Shown here one piece after another: positions 13,901-24,010 of a stretch of 64,000 nt of DNA. This DNA comes from Fistulifera solaris (lineage: Eukaryota). The DNA is taken from the NCBI GenBank assembly GCA_030295235.1, contig AP026130.1:806001-870000 (forward strand), in the 5' to 3' direction. How positions within the stretch are numbered: the first letter of the stretch is position 1; each line of letters opens with the position of its first letter. Position numbers and translations under genes: made by a program. The notes beneath the pieces were generated by a model. The model ran no database searches. It was not told the origin of the DNA and saw nothing but the letters and a program-made list of their open reading frames with translations.

Positions 13901-14167
13901 ATCCTTCTTTAACACATCGAACGCCGGCACCTCACCGACTGACGTTTCGGATCGCCACAGTGAGCCGTTCTCGCTTGCCATCAAATCAACACCGAGTAAA
14001 TTTCCGTACTTCGGAAGCCCATCCAGAAGACTCTCCTCTACAAAATAGCGATCGTAATCTAGCGTTGAGATGCTGCGACCAGTCGTTTCGTCGACGCTGC
14101 TGGAATTGGCGTGGCTTTCACTGTGGTCGACATCGTCGTCTCCATTGAAGTTTCCGATAGTATCCAT
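7929..14167 (-). CDS. Soluble adenylyl cyclase (ADCY10-like): long acidic N-terminus, two class III cyclase domains, P-loop STAND NTPase, helical C-terminus; about 2080 aa
   Basis: FVDISGFTKLS, GDIQKFAGDA, QFIVDDKG, HEYAVMGPSVNLAARLM, FVGREKE, GVSGMGKT, IAIDDVHFTD; five ORFs joined by single-base frameshifts near 13808, 13352, 12358 and 11794. Confidence 0.85.
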
Positions 14168-14616
14168 TTCAGAATCTACCGCCAGCAAATACCGCGCTTG
14201 ACGAAGAAACTTGTATTCGACTAACCGCAGCTGATGTAGGTGTTCTTTTCAAAGTGAAATGGCCTCAAGCTCAAGCTCCCTACGCTTCATTTGCGGATGA
14301 ATATTTCATGCCATGCATTTCTATCATTCGACATCGCTTCATCATTCGGTCTTTTGGAAGCAAATGAGGCCAAAAGAAACACTATACAAGAATTAGTAGG
14401 TTTGATTACCGTGCCATTGTGCCCAAATGCGCGAATCTTTCAAAAATGGGGTATGGACGAAAAAGTAGAAACTGGCACATTCACCGCTGACGTAGGCGTT
14501 CTTTGTCCTCAAAAGACATAAGACCACCACACACCACATACCTACCTTTTTCTGCAAATGACTTCCTAGAAATGGGGACTCGAGACTCGAGACCTCAAAT
14601 GGCTCGACTAACGTTA

Positions 14617-17600
14617 CTACAAGTACATCGTCATAATCGCTACCCTTATTCTATAGTCTCTAGGTAGATAGCATCTTTTCGAGATCCGCCGTCTCACAGT
14701 TCTCTGGCGCTTCGATTTTATATCGCGTCGCTGTCCTTCCTTGATAGTCCTTCTTGGTTTCACCGGATCTTTCGCACAACTTTTCGAATACAGGTCTCCA
14801 AAAGCATGTTCACGGCGATTTTCGAAGACATCCGCAATCAACGAGTTGATAAGCTGTAAAGAATGTGTGGGGACGTCCTGAGAGATAGCTAGGTCCTTCA
14901 ACAAATACGTCATTCGAAGTATGGGGCCCCGGTCAGCACCATCAACCCAACAACCACGAATCAGCGATAATGGTTTCATGATATAAACGTCCTCGTTCAT
15001 TCCAGAGGATAGAGGGTGTTTTCGCCAATAAAAGAAATGGTCCCCATAGAATAAATTAACCTCGTCATCTTCCGACTGTTCATCCGATACTCTAGATCGC
15101 AACAACTCGGCAAGCTCACCACTCCTTCGTATGATCCTCTCAACACAAAACATTATTTGTTCATCATTGAAAACACTGCTATCCTCTGATCTTTGCTTGC
15201 GTAAAAGTTGGAAAATGTCAACAACCAAGGCATTTACGTGATGTCCTTGTGAAATGAGATACTCCAGTTGTAAGAAGTGGGCATCGTTACCAGCACTTCC
15301 TGCAACGTGCAGTACCTTCTCAAACTTAAGATACGTTTCCCAAACTCTTTCCACGCACAAAGAGAACAGCTCACTCGTATCTTCCTCATCAACAATATCA
15401 ATAACGTTCCGCCACGATTGCAGACAATGTACAAATGTGGATGTCTCAATGAACACTTTTCTTTCGCATCCAGGTATGACCGATTGCCCGAATCGATCAC
15501 AGAGCTCCTCTAGTTGTTCAAAGCATGTATCCGCAGCAGAGCGCATGTTCTCAACAACCGACGGATCGCGAAATTCACTACGGTCCCCCGTGAGAATTTT
15601 CGACTGTTTTTGTACATATGTAGCCAGAAGAGCATCGATCATTCTACCATCGGGCATCAAATCGGCATGCAGCTTTCCGGCCTGAGTCAAATCGTGCAAC
15701 AGCTTCGACAAGACAGCAGAGGCATCGTCATGGCCGGAATGGAGCCAAGCTGCGACGATAGGGTGAAATGTAAGCAAACGTGCGCCGGACTTTATCGGAT
15801 CTTGCAAAAGTTTTTCTGCTACATCTAAAGCTTTTTGAAAGCCTGCATAGCTCCTTGTCCTGATATGCGCCTGGATCAAGGCCTCGTAGGTCTCAATCGT
15901 GGCCATACCTTTGCCCTCGATTTCTTGCACCCATTTCTCGACTGGAATCACCTGACTGTCATTGAATGACGGAACCAGCCTATCGTATCTATCAAATTGA
16001 ACGTATCTACCATACGGCCGAACCACCTGGGTTAGAGGACCGCCGCTCCACCGTAAGGGTGCGTTGTATTCACTTGGGCCAGGGGCTAGTGATTGCTCAC
16101 CAGAACCTTCTTCATCCAACACTTCCATCCGGCTTAAGCACTTACGTAAAAATTCCAAGTCCAGATCGTCTTTTTTCAAATATGACGACGACGAAAGAAG
16201 AGAAAGAAAGCTCTCACGATCAGGTTCAAAGCCGTCAAATGTCCTATTGTAGCGCCCCGCTTTGCCGCCTTGCTGGGCCCAGACCTGAATCAAGCTGTTT
16301 ATTACCAACGTATTCGGCTTGGGCAGAACTCTCCCTTGATCATCCGGTGTCCCATTTTCCATAGCAAGAACAATGTTTTCCGCCGCTTTTGCCACCGACG
16401 CCATATCGTTTCCTTCAAGACACTTCAAGTAGTACGCATAGATATCCGCATCAGGGCGAAGACCTTTGGTCCGCCACAAAACATTCAAAACGGCTTCCGC
16501 TGTTGGCTGGACACCTCTCTTACGACGCGAGAAAAGCACGCCTTGATAGGCTTGCGCCAGTTGATACAAGATCGCTTTCCCAGTCTGAAGAGTTCGTTCG
16601 GTGCCTTCCTCTTTGTTCAATGGCAGCATCGTCACATGAGGACTATTATCATCCGCGTGCGTTGTCCGATTCTTTTCATTCATAGCTTCCACCCAATTAT
16701 AAGCAGCTTTTCTGGCAGCATTGAGGCGAACGTAGGGAATAAAATTGTATCCCGTAGGCAGGTGGAGGGCTGACTGATCTACGTCCAATTGAGACGACGT
16801 TGGTGATGTCGTCAGGGATTCCAGCAACGCTTTGTACGGACTTTGTCGCTTTGATGGATTCAAAGTTGTCACGATGTATCTTTCTTCGTTGCTTTCTTCG
16901 TCAACGTCTAAAGCATTCTCAATTGCATCATCACCGACAAGTAAATCATCGTCCTCAAGACCAACCAAGTCCGAATTCACCGACTCAGTTGCTTGGTCTT
17001 TCTTATCAATAACAAAGTCCTCTAGTGCTAATGATGAAAATCTGTGCGCAAGGTCTTGTTGCGTCATCGAATTGGAGCCCGGATCTTCCTCGCAAAGCAA
17101 CGGATCTCCCGACGAATGAAAATGATCGAGTGCCCGGGCCGCAGCGGCATGCGTCGCCAGTTTCTTTGTCTTGTAATATACTTCGGGTGAATCCGCAACG
17201 AGTTCGATTTTGTCCTTCGCGTGGCGCAACGTTCCCGAAAGAAACAATTGTTTCGTCACCGGACACACAAACACGGCCGTCCAGACAATGACACCCCCTA
17301 TGGTCAGAGACGAAGCATGAAAGTTGCTGGTCACTGATACAATTCCATGTTCTTGTAAGTAATATTGATTAAGTCTTGCCAAAGGGCTATTTTCTCGTAG
17401 TTGCTCTAAGGGGATAGAATCCTTTTGATCTGTATCATGCCGCGTTCCATCCGATGCTGAGGAAAAGGAGCGAAGAAAGGAGCGCCGTTGACCGTTGAAC
17501 ACAAATGATCGAATAGGCTGTGAAGTATTCGGGTAATTTGCCAAAACCACGTTACGGGTCGTCGCACAGGACCTGAGGAAGGATGAGTGGGATAGCGTTC

Positions 17601-17658
17601 TATGCAGAAACAAGATCGATCTCTTTCTACTCTGCCCCCGCAGGGCTTGGGCACTCAT
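14617..17658 (-). CDS. Putative mitochondrial RNA-binding protein: dsRBD-like domain plus degenerate PPR-like repeats
   Basis: R/S-rich presequence (RRSFLRSFSS); PLARLNQY...WTAVFVCP...KTKKLATHAAAARAL; repeats PDADIYAYYLKC, PNTLVINSLIQVWA, PDRESFLSLL, TIETYEALIQAH. Confidence 0.6.
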   Translation of the reverse strand: MSAQALRGQSRKRSILFLHRTLSHSSFLRSCATTRNVVLANYPNTSQPIRSFVFNGQRRSFLRSFSSASDGTRHDTDQKDSIPLEQLRENSPLARLNQYYLQEHGIVSVTSNFHASSLTIGGVIVWTAVFVCPVTKQLFLSGTLRHAKDKIELVADSPEVYYKTKKLATHAAAARALDHFHSSGDPLLCEEDPGSNSMTQQDLAHRFSSLALEDFVIDKKDQATESVNSDLVGLEDDDLLVGDDAIENALDVDEESNEERYIVTTLNPSKRQSPYKALLESLTTSPTSSQLDVDQSALHLPTGYNFIPYVRLNAARKAAYNWVEAMNEKNRTTHADDNSPHVTMLPLNKEEGTERTLQTGKAILYQLAQAYQGVLFSRRKRGVQPTAEAVLNVLWRTKGLRPDADIYAYYLKCLEGNDMASVAKAAENIVLAMENGTPDDQGRVLPKPNTLVINSLIQVWAQQGGKAGRYNRTFDGFEPDRESFLSLLSSSSYLKKDDLDLEFLRKCLSRMEVLDEEGSGEQSLAPGPSEYNAPLRWSGGPLTQVVRPYGRYVQFDRYDRLVPSFNDSQVIPVEKWVQEIEGKGMATIETYEALIQAHIRTRSYAGFQKALDVAEKLLQDPIKSGARLLTFHPIVAAWLHSGHDDASAVLSKLLHDLTQAGKLHADLMPDGRMIDALLATYVQKQSKILTGDRSEFRDPSVVENMRSAADTCFEQLEELCDRFGQSVIPGCERKVFIETSTFVHCLQSWRNVIDIVDEEDTSELFSLCVERVWETYLKFEKVLHVAGSAGNDAHFLQLEYLISQGHHVNALVVDIFQLLRKQRSEDSSVFNDEQIMFCVERIIRRSGELAELLRSRVSDEQSEDDEVNLFYGDHFFYWRKHPLSSGMNEDVYIMKPLSLIRGCWVDGADRGPILRMTYLLKDLAISQDVPTHSLQLINSLIADVFENRREHAFGDLYSKSCAKDPVKPRRTIKEGQRRDIKSKRQRTVRRRISKRCYLPRDYRIRVAIMTMYL

Positions 17659-17960
17659 TTCGTTCGGTCGTAAAATGCCACGTTATAAGTTTCATTTAGC
17701 AAGGAATTAGCATGAGTAAGGACTGTATTCATGTATTGTTTTCGTCCAATTTACTACGAAGAATGCTATAGGTCCGTTAGTTTTTTATCCTTTGCGTCGA
17801 ATGTTTTCCATCTCGTGAATTTTTCGTGGTTGTGCCTGCTACCCATCTCCGCACAACGCACGTGCTTATGGCGTCATCACATACCCAGATTATCTGGGAG
17901 TGTGGTGTTTTCATGTTCCCAGCAATTCTGGGTGAGTGTTTCAACCACGTATTGATTCGT

Positions 17961-18441
17961 GACTCATGACTGAAATGCAGTCATGGTTTTCTAAAACTAA
18001 CACTTTGGGTCCATAGTAAATACGGAAACAACGCTTCGCAAGTCTTTTCGACGTATAACATAATGACGTGTAATGAAAACGCTGCTAAAGATTATTGCTT
18101 GGCGACAAAAACAAATTGAGCTCAAGATACATTGCTGAACGAACTAGTTGTAGGTAGCATTGACGCTCGAAAGAACATTTTTTTACTGAAGCGCAGTCGT
18201 GGCGAAATACGGACAACACTTTGGTCTATAGTAATACGGAAGACAACGTTTCGCAAGGCTTTTCGACGTGAAATACAATAACATGTAAATTAAACGCTGA
18301 CAAATACTATTGTATTGCAACAACGAGAAATGAAACTCAATTTGAACGAATGAATTGTAGGCAGGATTGACGCTCGAAAGAATACAGATTCATGACTGAA
18401 ATGCAGTCGTGGATAAATGATCTTACACTTTGGAGTATAGT
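17961..18441. repeat. Tandem ~210-215-bp repeat (about 2.2 copies) with GACTG-aaatg-CAGTC hairpin
   Basis: actgaa(at/gc)gcagtc at ~17969, 18185 and 18395, each followed by acactttgg...atagt; shared ttcgcaag and ttgacgctcgaaagaa blocks. Confidence 0.9.
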
Positions 18442-18606
18442 CAATAAATTTTTATTTATTTAGAATCAGACAGAAATTCTGAATTGCTACTCCGTAGTTC
18501 TGCGCGAAGAACAACAACAAAAAAAAAAAAACAATAAGATCTACCGCTTGGTAGGATCTCTAGATATCAGTAACTCGAACGTTGTTGTTTGCATCAATTC
18601 CCTCTG

Positions 18607-19590
18607 ATGTCGACACTGCTGCTGGGGTCAGATTTTGCTCGGTCACTTTTGGGCTGCACGGGGGTTGCCGTAAAAATTTCGTGCCGACAGGAACGTCGAT
18701 CATTCCTTCGAGCGTCACGGCGTTCATTGTCCTCCTCTCCCTTTCATTTCAGCGTCGTGGAAACGCCTCACTATTCCTCGACCATCGTTTTTCTGCACGG
18801 TCTACTGGGGAACGGGAAGAATCTACGTACTTTTGCGCGTGAATATTGCCGCCAACAACAAGCAAGAGGGATTTTGGTCGATTTACCCGGACATGGCTCT
18901 TCCAAACACTGTCTGGCAGCCACGACGAGTATACCCAACTGTCTTTCGGGACTACACCGAACATTGCAAGCGGCTGGCATCGATGATGATGTTTCGTGGT
19001 CACTGGTGGGACATTCGATGGGAGGACGGATTGCCCTGCAGTACGCTTATCACGCGGGCTCATTTCCGCAGCCCCAACGGCTTGTTTTATTAGATACTGT
19101 ACCAGGAGGATTGAACGCTTCGGTGATGCATGTCATGGCAGTCGCGGAACAATTTTTATCTGCTGTTTCACAAACCAGCACGACGAGGAAGGAACTCGTC
19201 CACCAGTTAACACAGGAGCACGGAATCGATCTTGCCACAGCGCAATGGCTGGGGGGTTCCTATGATACACAAACGCGAGAATTTTCGTTTTCCTTGAAGG
19301 GCGCCAAGAATTTAGTGCAATGCTTTTTTGAACGAAACAATCCAACGGGCTCCTTCGTCGAAACGATCGAAAATGTTTTGAGGCACAATGCCAAAATCGA
19401 GCGCATCGATATTGTTCGCGGAGGAAAGAATCCTTCTTGGAACTCGGTCCAGGATCAAGTATTGCAATTGGAAGCACTGGAACGAGTTCCACCGAGCCAG
19501 TCGCAGTTACGAGTGCACCTTCTCCCAAAGGCCGGTCACTGGGTTCACATGGACGATCTTCCTGGCTTGATCCAAGCTTTATGTTCGTAA
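18607..19590 (+). CDS. Alpha/beta hydrolase, ABHD11-like, probably mitochondrial
   Basis: FLHGLLGNGKN, DLPGHG, GHSMGG nucleophile elbow, AGHWVHMD. Confidence 0.85.
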   Translation: MSTLLLGSDFARSLLGCTGVAVKISCRQERRSFLRASRRSLSSSPFHFSVVETPHYSSTIVFLHGLLGNGKNLRTFAREYCRQQQARGILVDLPGHGSSKHCLAATTSIPNCLSGLHRTLQAAGIDDDVSWSLVGHSMGGRIALQYAYHAGSFPQPQRLVLLDTVPGGLNASVMHVMAVAEQFLSAVSQTSTTRKELVHQLTQEHGIDLATAQWLGGSYDTQTREFSFSLKGAKNLVQCFFERNNPTGSFVETIENVLRHNAKIERIDIVRGGKNPSWNSVQDQVLQLEALERVPPSQSQLRVHLLPKAGHWVHMDDLPGLIQALCS

Positions 19591-19858
19591 CAAACCCTTT
19601 TTTTGTTGAATCTGATAGGAGCCATGTACACTAGATCCTTGTTTCTTTCAACATAATGTAGCTAGCTTTGAAGTGCGGAATGAACAGTATGCTAAGACGA
19701 TTGCTTACTCCTCTTGTGTCGTAACTTAATTGGCGTTCATACAATCTCAGCAACTACGTCGACTGAATGCCCTTTCTCAAAAAAATAACTAGCCTTCTTC
19801 GAGACGATTGCTACGGATTCTTCTATTAGTTTGATCACATTGTACTATAAGATTGAAT

Positions 19859-20314
19859 TTACGCGACCAAAGTACTGGCAGTCGCCGACTCGTACTTCCA
19901 GTTGGACGGAAGCTTACGGGTGGTTCGGTAGTAACGCGCCAAACGGTGAATACGGCTTTCGATGAGAATCAATCGGAACTTGCTGTCCTTATCCTTGCGA
20001 TTGCGCTCCAAATGCTTGCGCACTTGCACGGCCTTCTTGATCAACATGTACAAGTCCTCGGGAATTTCGGGCGCCAATCCGTTGGCCTTGAGGATGCGCA
20101 CAATCTTTTGACCCGTGACGGACTTGACCTGAGCGATACCGTTGGAATCACGGAGAAGAACACCAATTTGACTGGGGGTAAGACCCTTCTTGGCCAACTT
20201 GCAGACGTGCTCTTCGACATCCGCGGCGGAAGTCTTGAGCCACGAAGGAGGAGAGCGCTTGTACGGAAGGGCTCGTCGGGAGATACCCTTTCCTGGTGCA
20301 TGCATACGACCCAT
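19859..20314 (-). CDS. RPS13: 40S ribosomal protein S13 (uS15)
   Basis: Canonical 151-aa sequence [12 protein letters not shown]...ATASTLVA; probable 5'UTR intron 20321-20492. Confidence 0.98.
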   Translation of the reverse strand: MGRMHAPGKGISRRALPYKRSPPSWLKTSAADVEEHVCKLAKKGLTPSQIGVLLRDSNGIAQVKSVTGQKIVRILKANGLAPEIPEDLYMLIKKAVQVRKHLERNRKDKDSKFRLILIESRIHRLARYYRTTRKLPSNWKYESATASTLVA

Positions 20315-20778
20315 GATTTACTACAAAAAAAAGAAAGAATGAAAAGAATACCGTGAGAGCTGAATTTGTGAACGAAGGTGATGATAAATAAGGAACGTTT
20401 GAGCGGCCCCCGTCAAATGCCGCCAGACTATGGTCGCTTCTAGATAATCCGTTCACTCAACACTACAATTAATATTTCTTCCTTCGACTTACAGTTGATT
20501 TATTTACTGCTGAAAAAAGAAAACAAGAACGACAATAACAAAGAGTCAATTACAGTGCTCGATGTGCTTTGAATTGCAAGAGACGGCTGGAGTGTTTGCA
20601 TTTACCCCTTTACTAAAAAAAACTTGACGGACGAAAACAGACCATAGTACTTGTTTCGTACAAAAACCACGTAGACTGCCGCCCGTTGCTTTTCCTCCAT
20701 CGCGCTATTTCTCATCGGTCTCGTTGTATTGCAGAGCCCAGTGGAATCAATCAAGCAAACTAACAACAAACTTTCGAA

Positions 20779-21735
20779 ATGTAAGGAAACGAATATCGTT
20801 GCAGAGAAATAAAAGGCGTGTAGATAGTTCTGGACGAAGGAGGAGAATGTAGTTTGATGCTCGTAGTGTTTTTCTGGACGACAAAAAGTCTCGCTCTTGG
20901 TTGTATTATTATTTCTGGCGTCTCTCTCACACAACACGTCCCTCTTTCAACAGGCCTCGTGGACCGAAAAAGCACTTAAAGCGCTTGAATGCGCCCAAAC
21001 ACTGGAACTTGGCCAAGATGGGGGTGTTTTCGCCCCCCGACCTTCGGCGGGTCCCCACAAGCTCCGTGAATGTGTGCCCCTCGCTATCATCCTTCGGGAA
21101 CGTCTCAAGTACGCCTTGACCGGCAAGGAATGCAGTCAGATCTGTATGGAACGCAATGTCAAGATCGACGGCAAAGTCCGAACGGACTGCAACTTCCCTT
21201 GCGGTTTCATGGACGTCATCGAGTTGGAGAAGGCCGGTGACCTGTTCCGTGTCATGTTCGACACCAAGGGCCGATTTGTTATGCATAAAATCAAAAGGAC
21301 GAAGCCCAATACAAGCTCTGCCGTGTCAACAACGTCATGGTCACCGCCAAGAAGATCCCGGTTGCCGTGACTCACGATGGACGCACCATTCGATACCCCG
21401 ACCCGGATGTCAAGGTCAACGACACCGTCAAGGTCAATATTGCCACCGGAAAAATGTCCGACATCCTCAAGTTCGAACTCGGTGCCATGGTTACCATCAC
21501 CAAGGGACGTAACACGGGTCGCGTGGGTCAAATTATGCACGTGGAACACCACGACAACTCGTTCGACATTGTCTCGGTGAAGGACTCCAAGGGCCACACA
21601 TTCGCCACTCGTTTGTCCAACGTCTTTGTCATTGGATCGGGATCCACCCCACAAGTGACCCTTCCCAAAGGACGTGGTATCAAGAAGACCATTATTGAGG
21701 AGCGTGCGGAAGCCCAAGCGGCCGGACGTCTTTAA
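20779..21735 (+). CDS. RPS4: 40S ribosomal protein S4 (eS4)
   Basis: [18 protein letters not shown]...[12 protein letters not shown]...[12 protein letters not shown]; intron 20781-20953 splits the start codon (AT|G); frameshifts at G run ~21020 and A run ~21295. Confidence 0.95.
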
Positions 21736-22129
21736 GTAGGTTGTGACCGCCATTGATAAGAATAAAGTAACAGTTAGCTTGATGACTACAGATATTAATA
21801 GTATTTTTTTAAAAAAGTTAGGTAATAATTAGGTGAATATCTCATTTGGATGGAGGGCGTTTGCGACTTTAATCACAGAAGCGAAAAGCTTTCCTTTGCG
21901 TTCGGGACAGGCATCTAGTTGAGTCGGGAGAAAAAGTAATCGACAATGAAATAATGCTTTATAGTACTTTTACAACACGTCACACAGGTACCGGAAGTGT
22001 ATAGGACGGCGGGGACGCTGCGACGCTGCTGCTAATTTTCTGGATCGCGACATCGTCACCATGAGATTCTCCGTCAGAAATAATAATCGTAGCAATCAAC
22101 AAAGCTTTTGTGCAAGAAATAAAACTATT

Positions 22130-23990
22130 ATGGTCGCTCCTACGGCAGAAAAGAAAACGCCCAAAGGGCGCAAATCGCTGAAAGTCGACATTAAGACGGC
22201 GGATACCGGAAATGAATCGTCCACATCCTCGACGGCGGGGACACCGCGCTCCGCCCCATCGCCGGCGCAAGATTTACATCCATATGCCCGCGGAGCGGTC
22301 ATTGAAGTTTGGTATATTCCAAAAAAGACGGGAGAAGAAGAAGAATGGTGGTGGACCGAATCATCGTCCGATGATGAAGACGAATTAACGTCCCGCTCGA
22401 CCAAATCACTGCGACTGTGTGACATTATTGATCGCGCGCCCGTACCCAATAAACCCGACGAGTGGAAGTATTACGTCCATTATCGCGACTTTAACCGTCG
22501 GATGGACGAATGGATTAATACCGATCGGATTGTATCTCCGCCGTCGATTGGGAACGCCAAGGCCAAACTGTTGAAGAAAGAAGAAGAAAAGAAACACAAA
22601 AAAAGGAAACAACCTGCGGAAGAAGTACTGGATGTTTTGGGACCCCGACAAAGTCGACGTCGGTCGGTGGGACAAATCGAGAATGAAGAAGCATCGCGAA
22701 CACGGTTGTCCAGGAAAAAGTCCATGGATGATGATGCTACCATCGTGGCGTCCAATACGGCCGATGACGACGAAGAAGATCTAGAGCGAGGACGCGGGGC
22801 CAAGACCAAATCGAGTGGAGTGCAACAAGCCGTATCGAATGGCGAAACCAACAATACCAACAAAAGGAGATTGTGGCCTTGTCGGCAGAAGCTGTCACAA
22901 CTCACACGGTCGATGGTCACGTGGTAGCCACGTTCAATGCGGTGGAGTTGGATGAACACGAAGGACTGGACGAACAAAGTTTGCGCGAGCATGAGGAAGT
23001 TACGAAAGTAAAGAATGTTGCCTTTCTCGAGTTGGGACAATTTCAAATGGAAACCTGGTATTTTTCGCCGCTTCCTAAAGAACTGTTGGGACCTTCGGGT
23101 TTTCTAGAAGTGCTGTACGTCTGTGAATTCACATTGCGCATGTTTTCGCGAAAATCAGAGCTGTTGCGTTTCCAGAAACGTCTGCCGACCGAAAATCGTC
23201 ATCCTCCTGGAGATGAAATCTATCGCAAGGGTAATCTTTCCATGTTTGAAGTCGATGCTCAACAAGAAGAAATCTACTGTCAGAACTTGAGTTACATCGC
23301 CAAGCTCTTCCTGGATCACAAAACACTTTACTTCTCGGTGTCGCCGTTTCTGTTTTACGTGCTCTGCGAAGTGGACGAACGTGGCTATCACCCAGTGGGG
23401 TATTTCAGCAAAGAGAAGTACAGTGACGTCGGCTATAATTTGGCCTGCATTTTGACTTTTCCGTCCCATCAGCGCAAAGGTTACGGCCGTTTCTTGATTG
23501 CCTTTTCGTACGAGCTCTCCAAGAAAGAAGAAAAAGTGGGATCACCCGAAAAGCCAATGTCCGATCTTGGTCAACAGGCATACAAGCCGTATTGGACATC
23601 TACCATCATTGATTTTCTTTTGAACCAATCGGATGAGTCGGAGTTGAGCATAATGGTATGTACGACATGGATGCAAGTTATGTCATCATCGAGAATATCA
23701 CTAACTGTGTTATTTCATGTTAGGATATATCGAAAAGGACTTCCATTATGGCGGAAGACATAGTATTCACGTTGAACCAACTAGGTCTACTCAAATTCAT
23801 CAACGGAGTTTACTTCATTACGGCTGAAAAAACTTTACTAATGAATCTGGCAAAGAAATATCCCGTCAAGGAACCAAGGGTAGATTCATCGCGGCTGCAC
23901 TGGACTCCGTTTCTTACTGATATCAAACGGGACAAATTCAGCATTCACTCCAAGAAATCAAGCGTCTCCGAAGAGGGAAAGGCGAAGTAA
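22130..23990 (+). CDS. MYST-family histone acetyltransferase (Esa1/MOF-like) with chromo-barrel/Tudor-knot
   Basis: YYVHYRDFNRRMDEWI; TWYFSPLP, LFLDHKTLY, NLACILT, QRKGYG, GSPEKPMSDLG; frameshift ~22863; intron 23656-23723. Confidence 0.92.
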
Positions 23991-24010
23991 TGCACTTTTC
24001 TTAACTATAG

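Noticed and set aside
20779..21735. Pseudogenes or programmed ribosomal frameshifting
   Set aside because: Indels fall in varied homopolymers in both directions with no shared slippery/stop motif; sequencing error is more parsimonious
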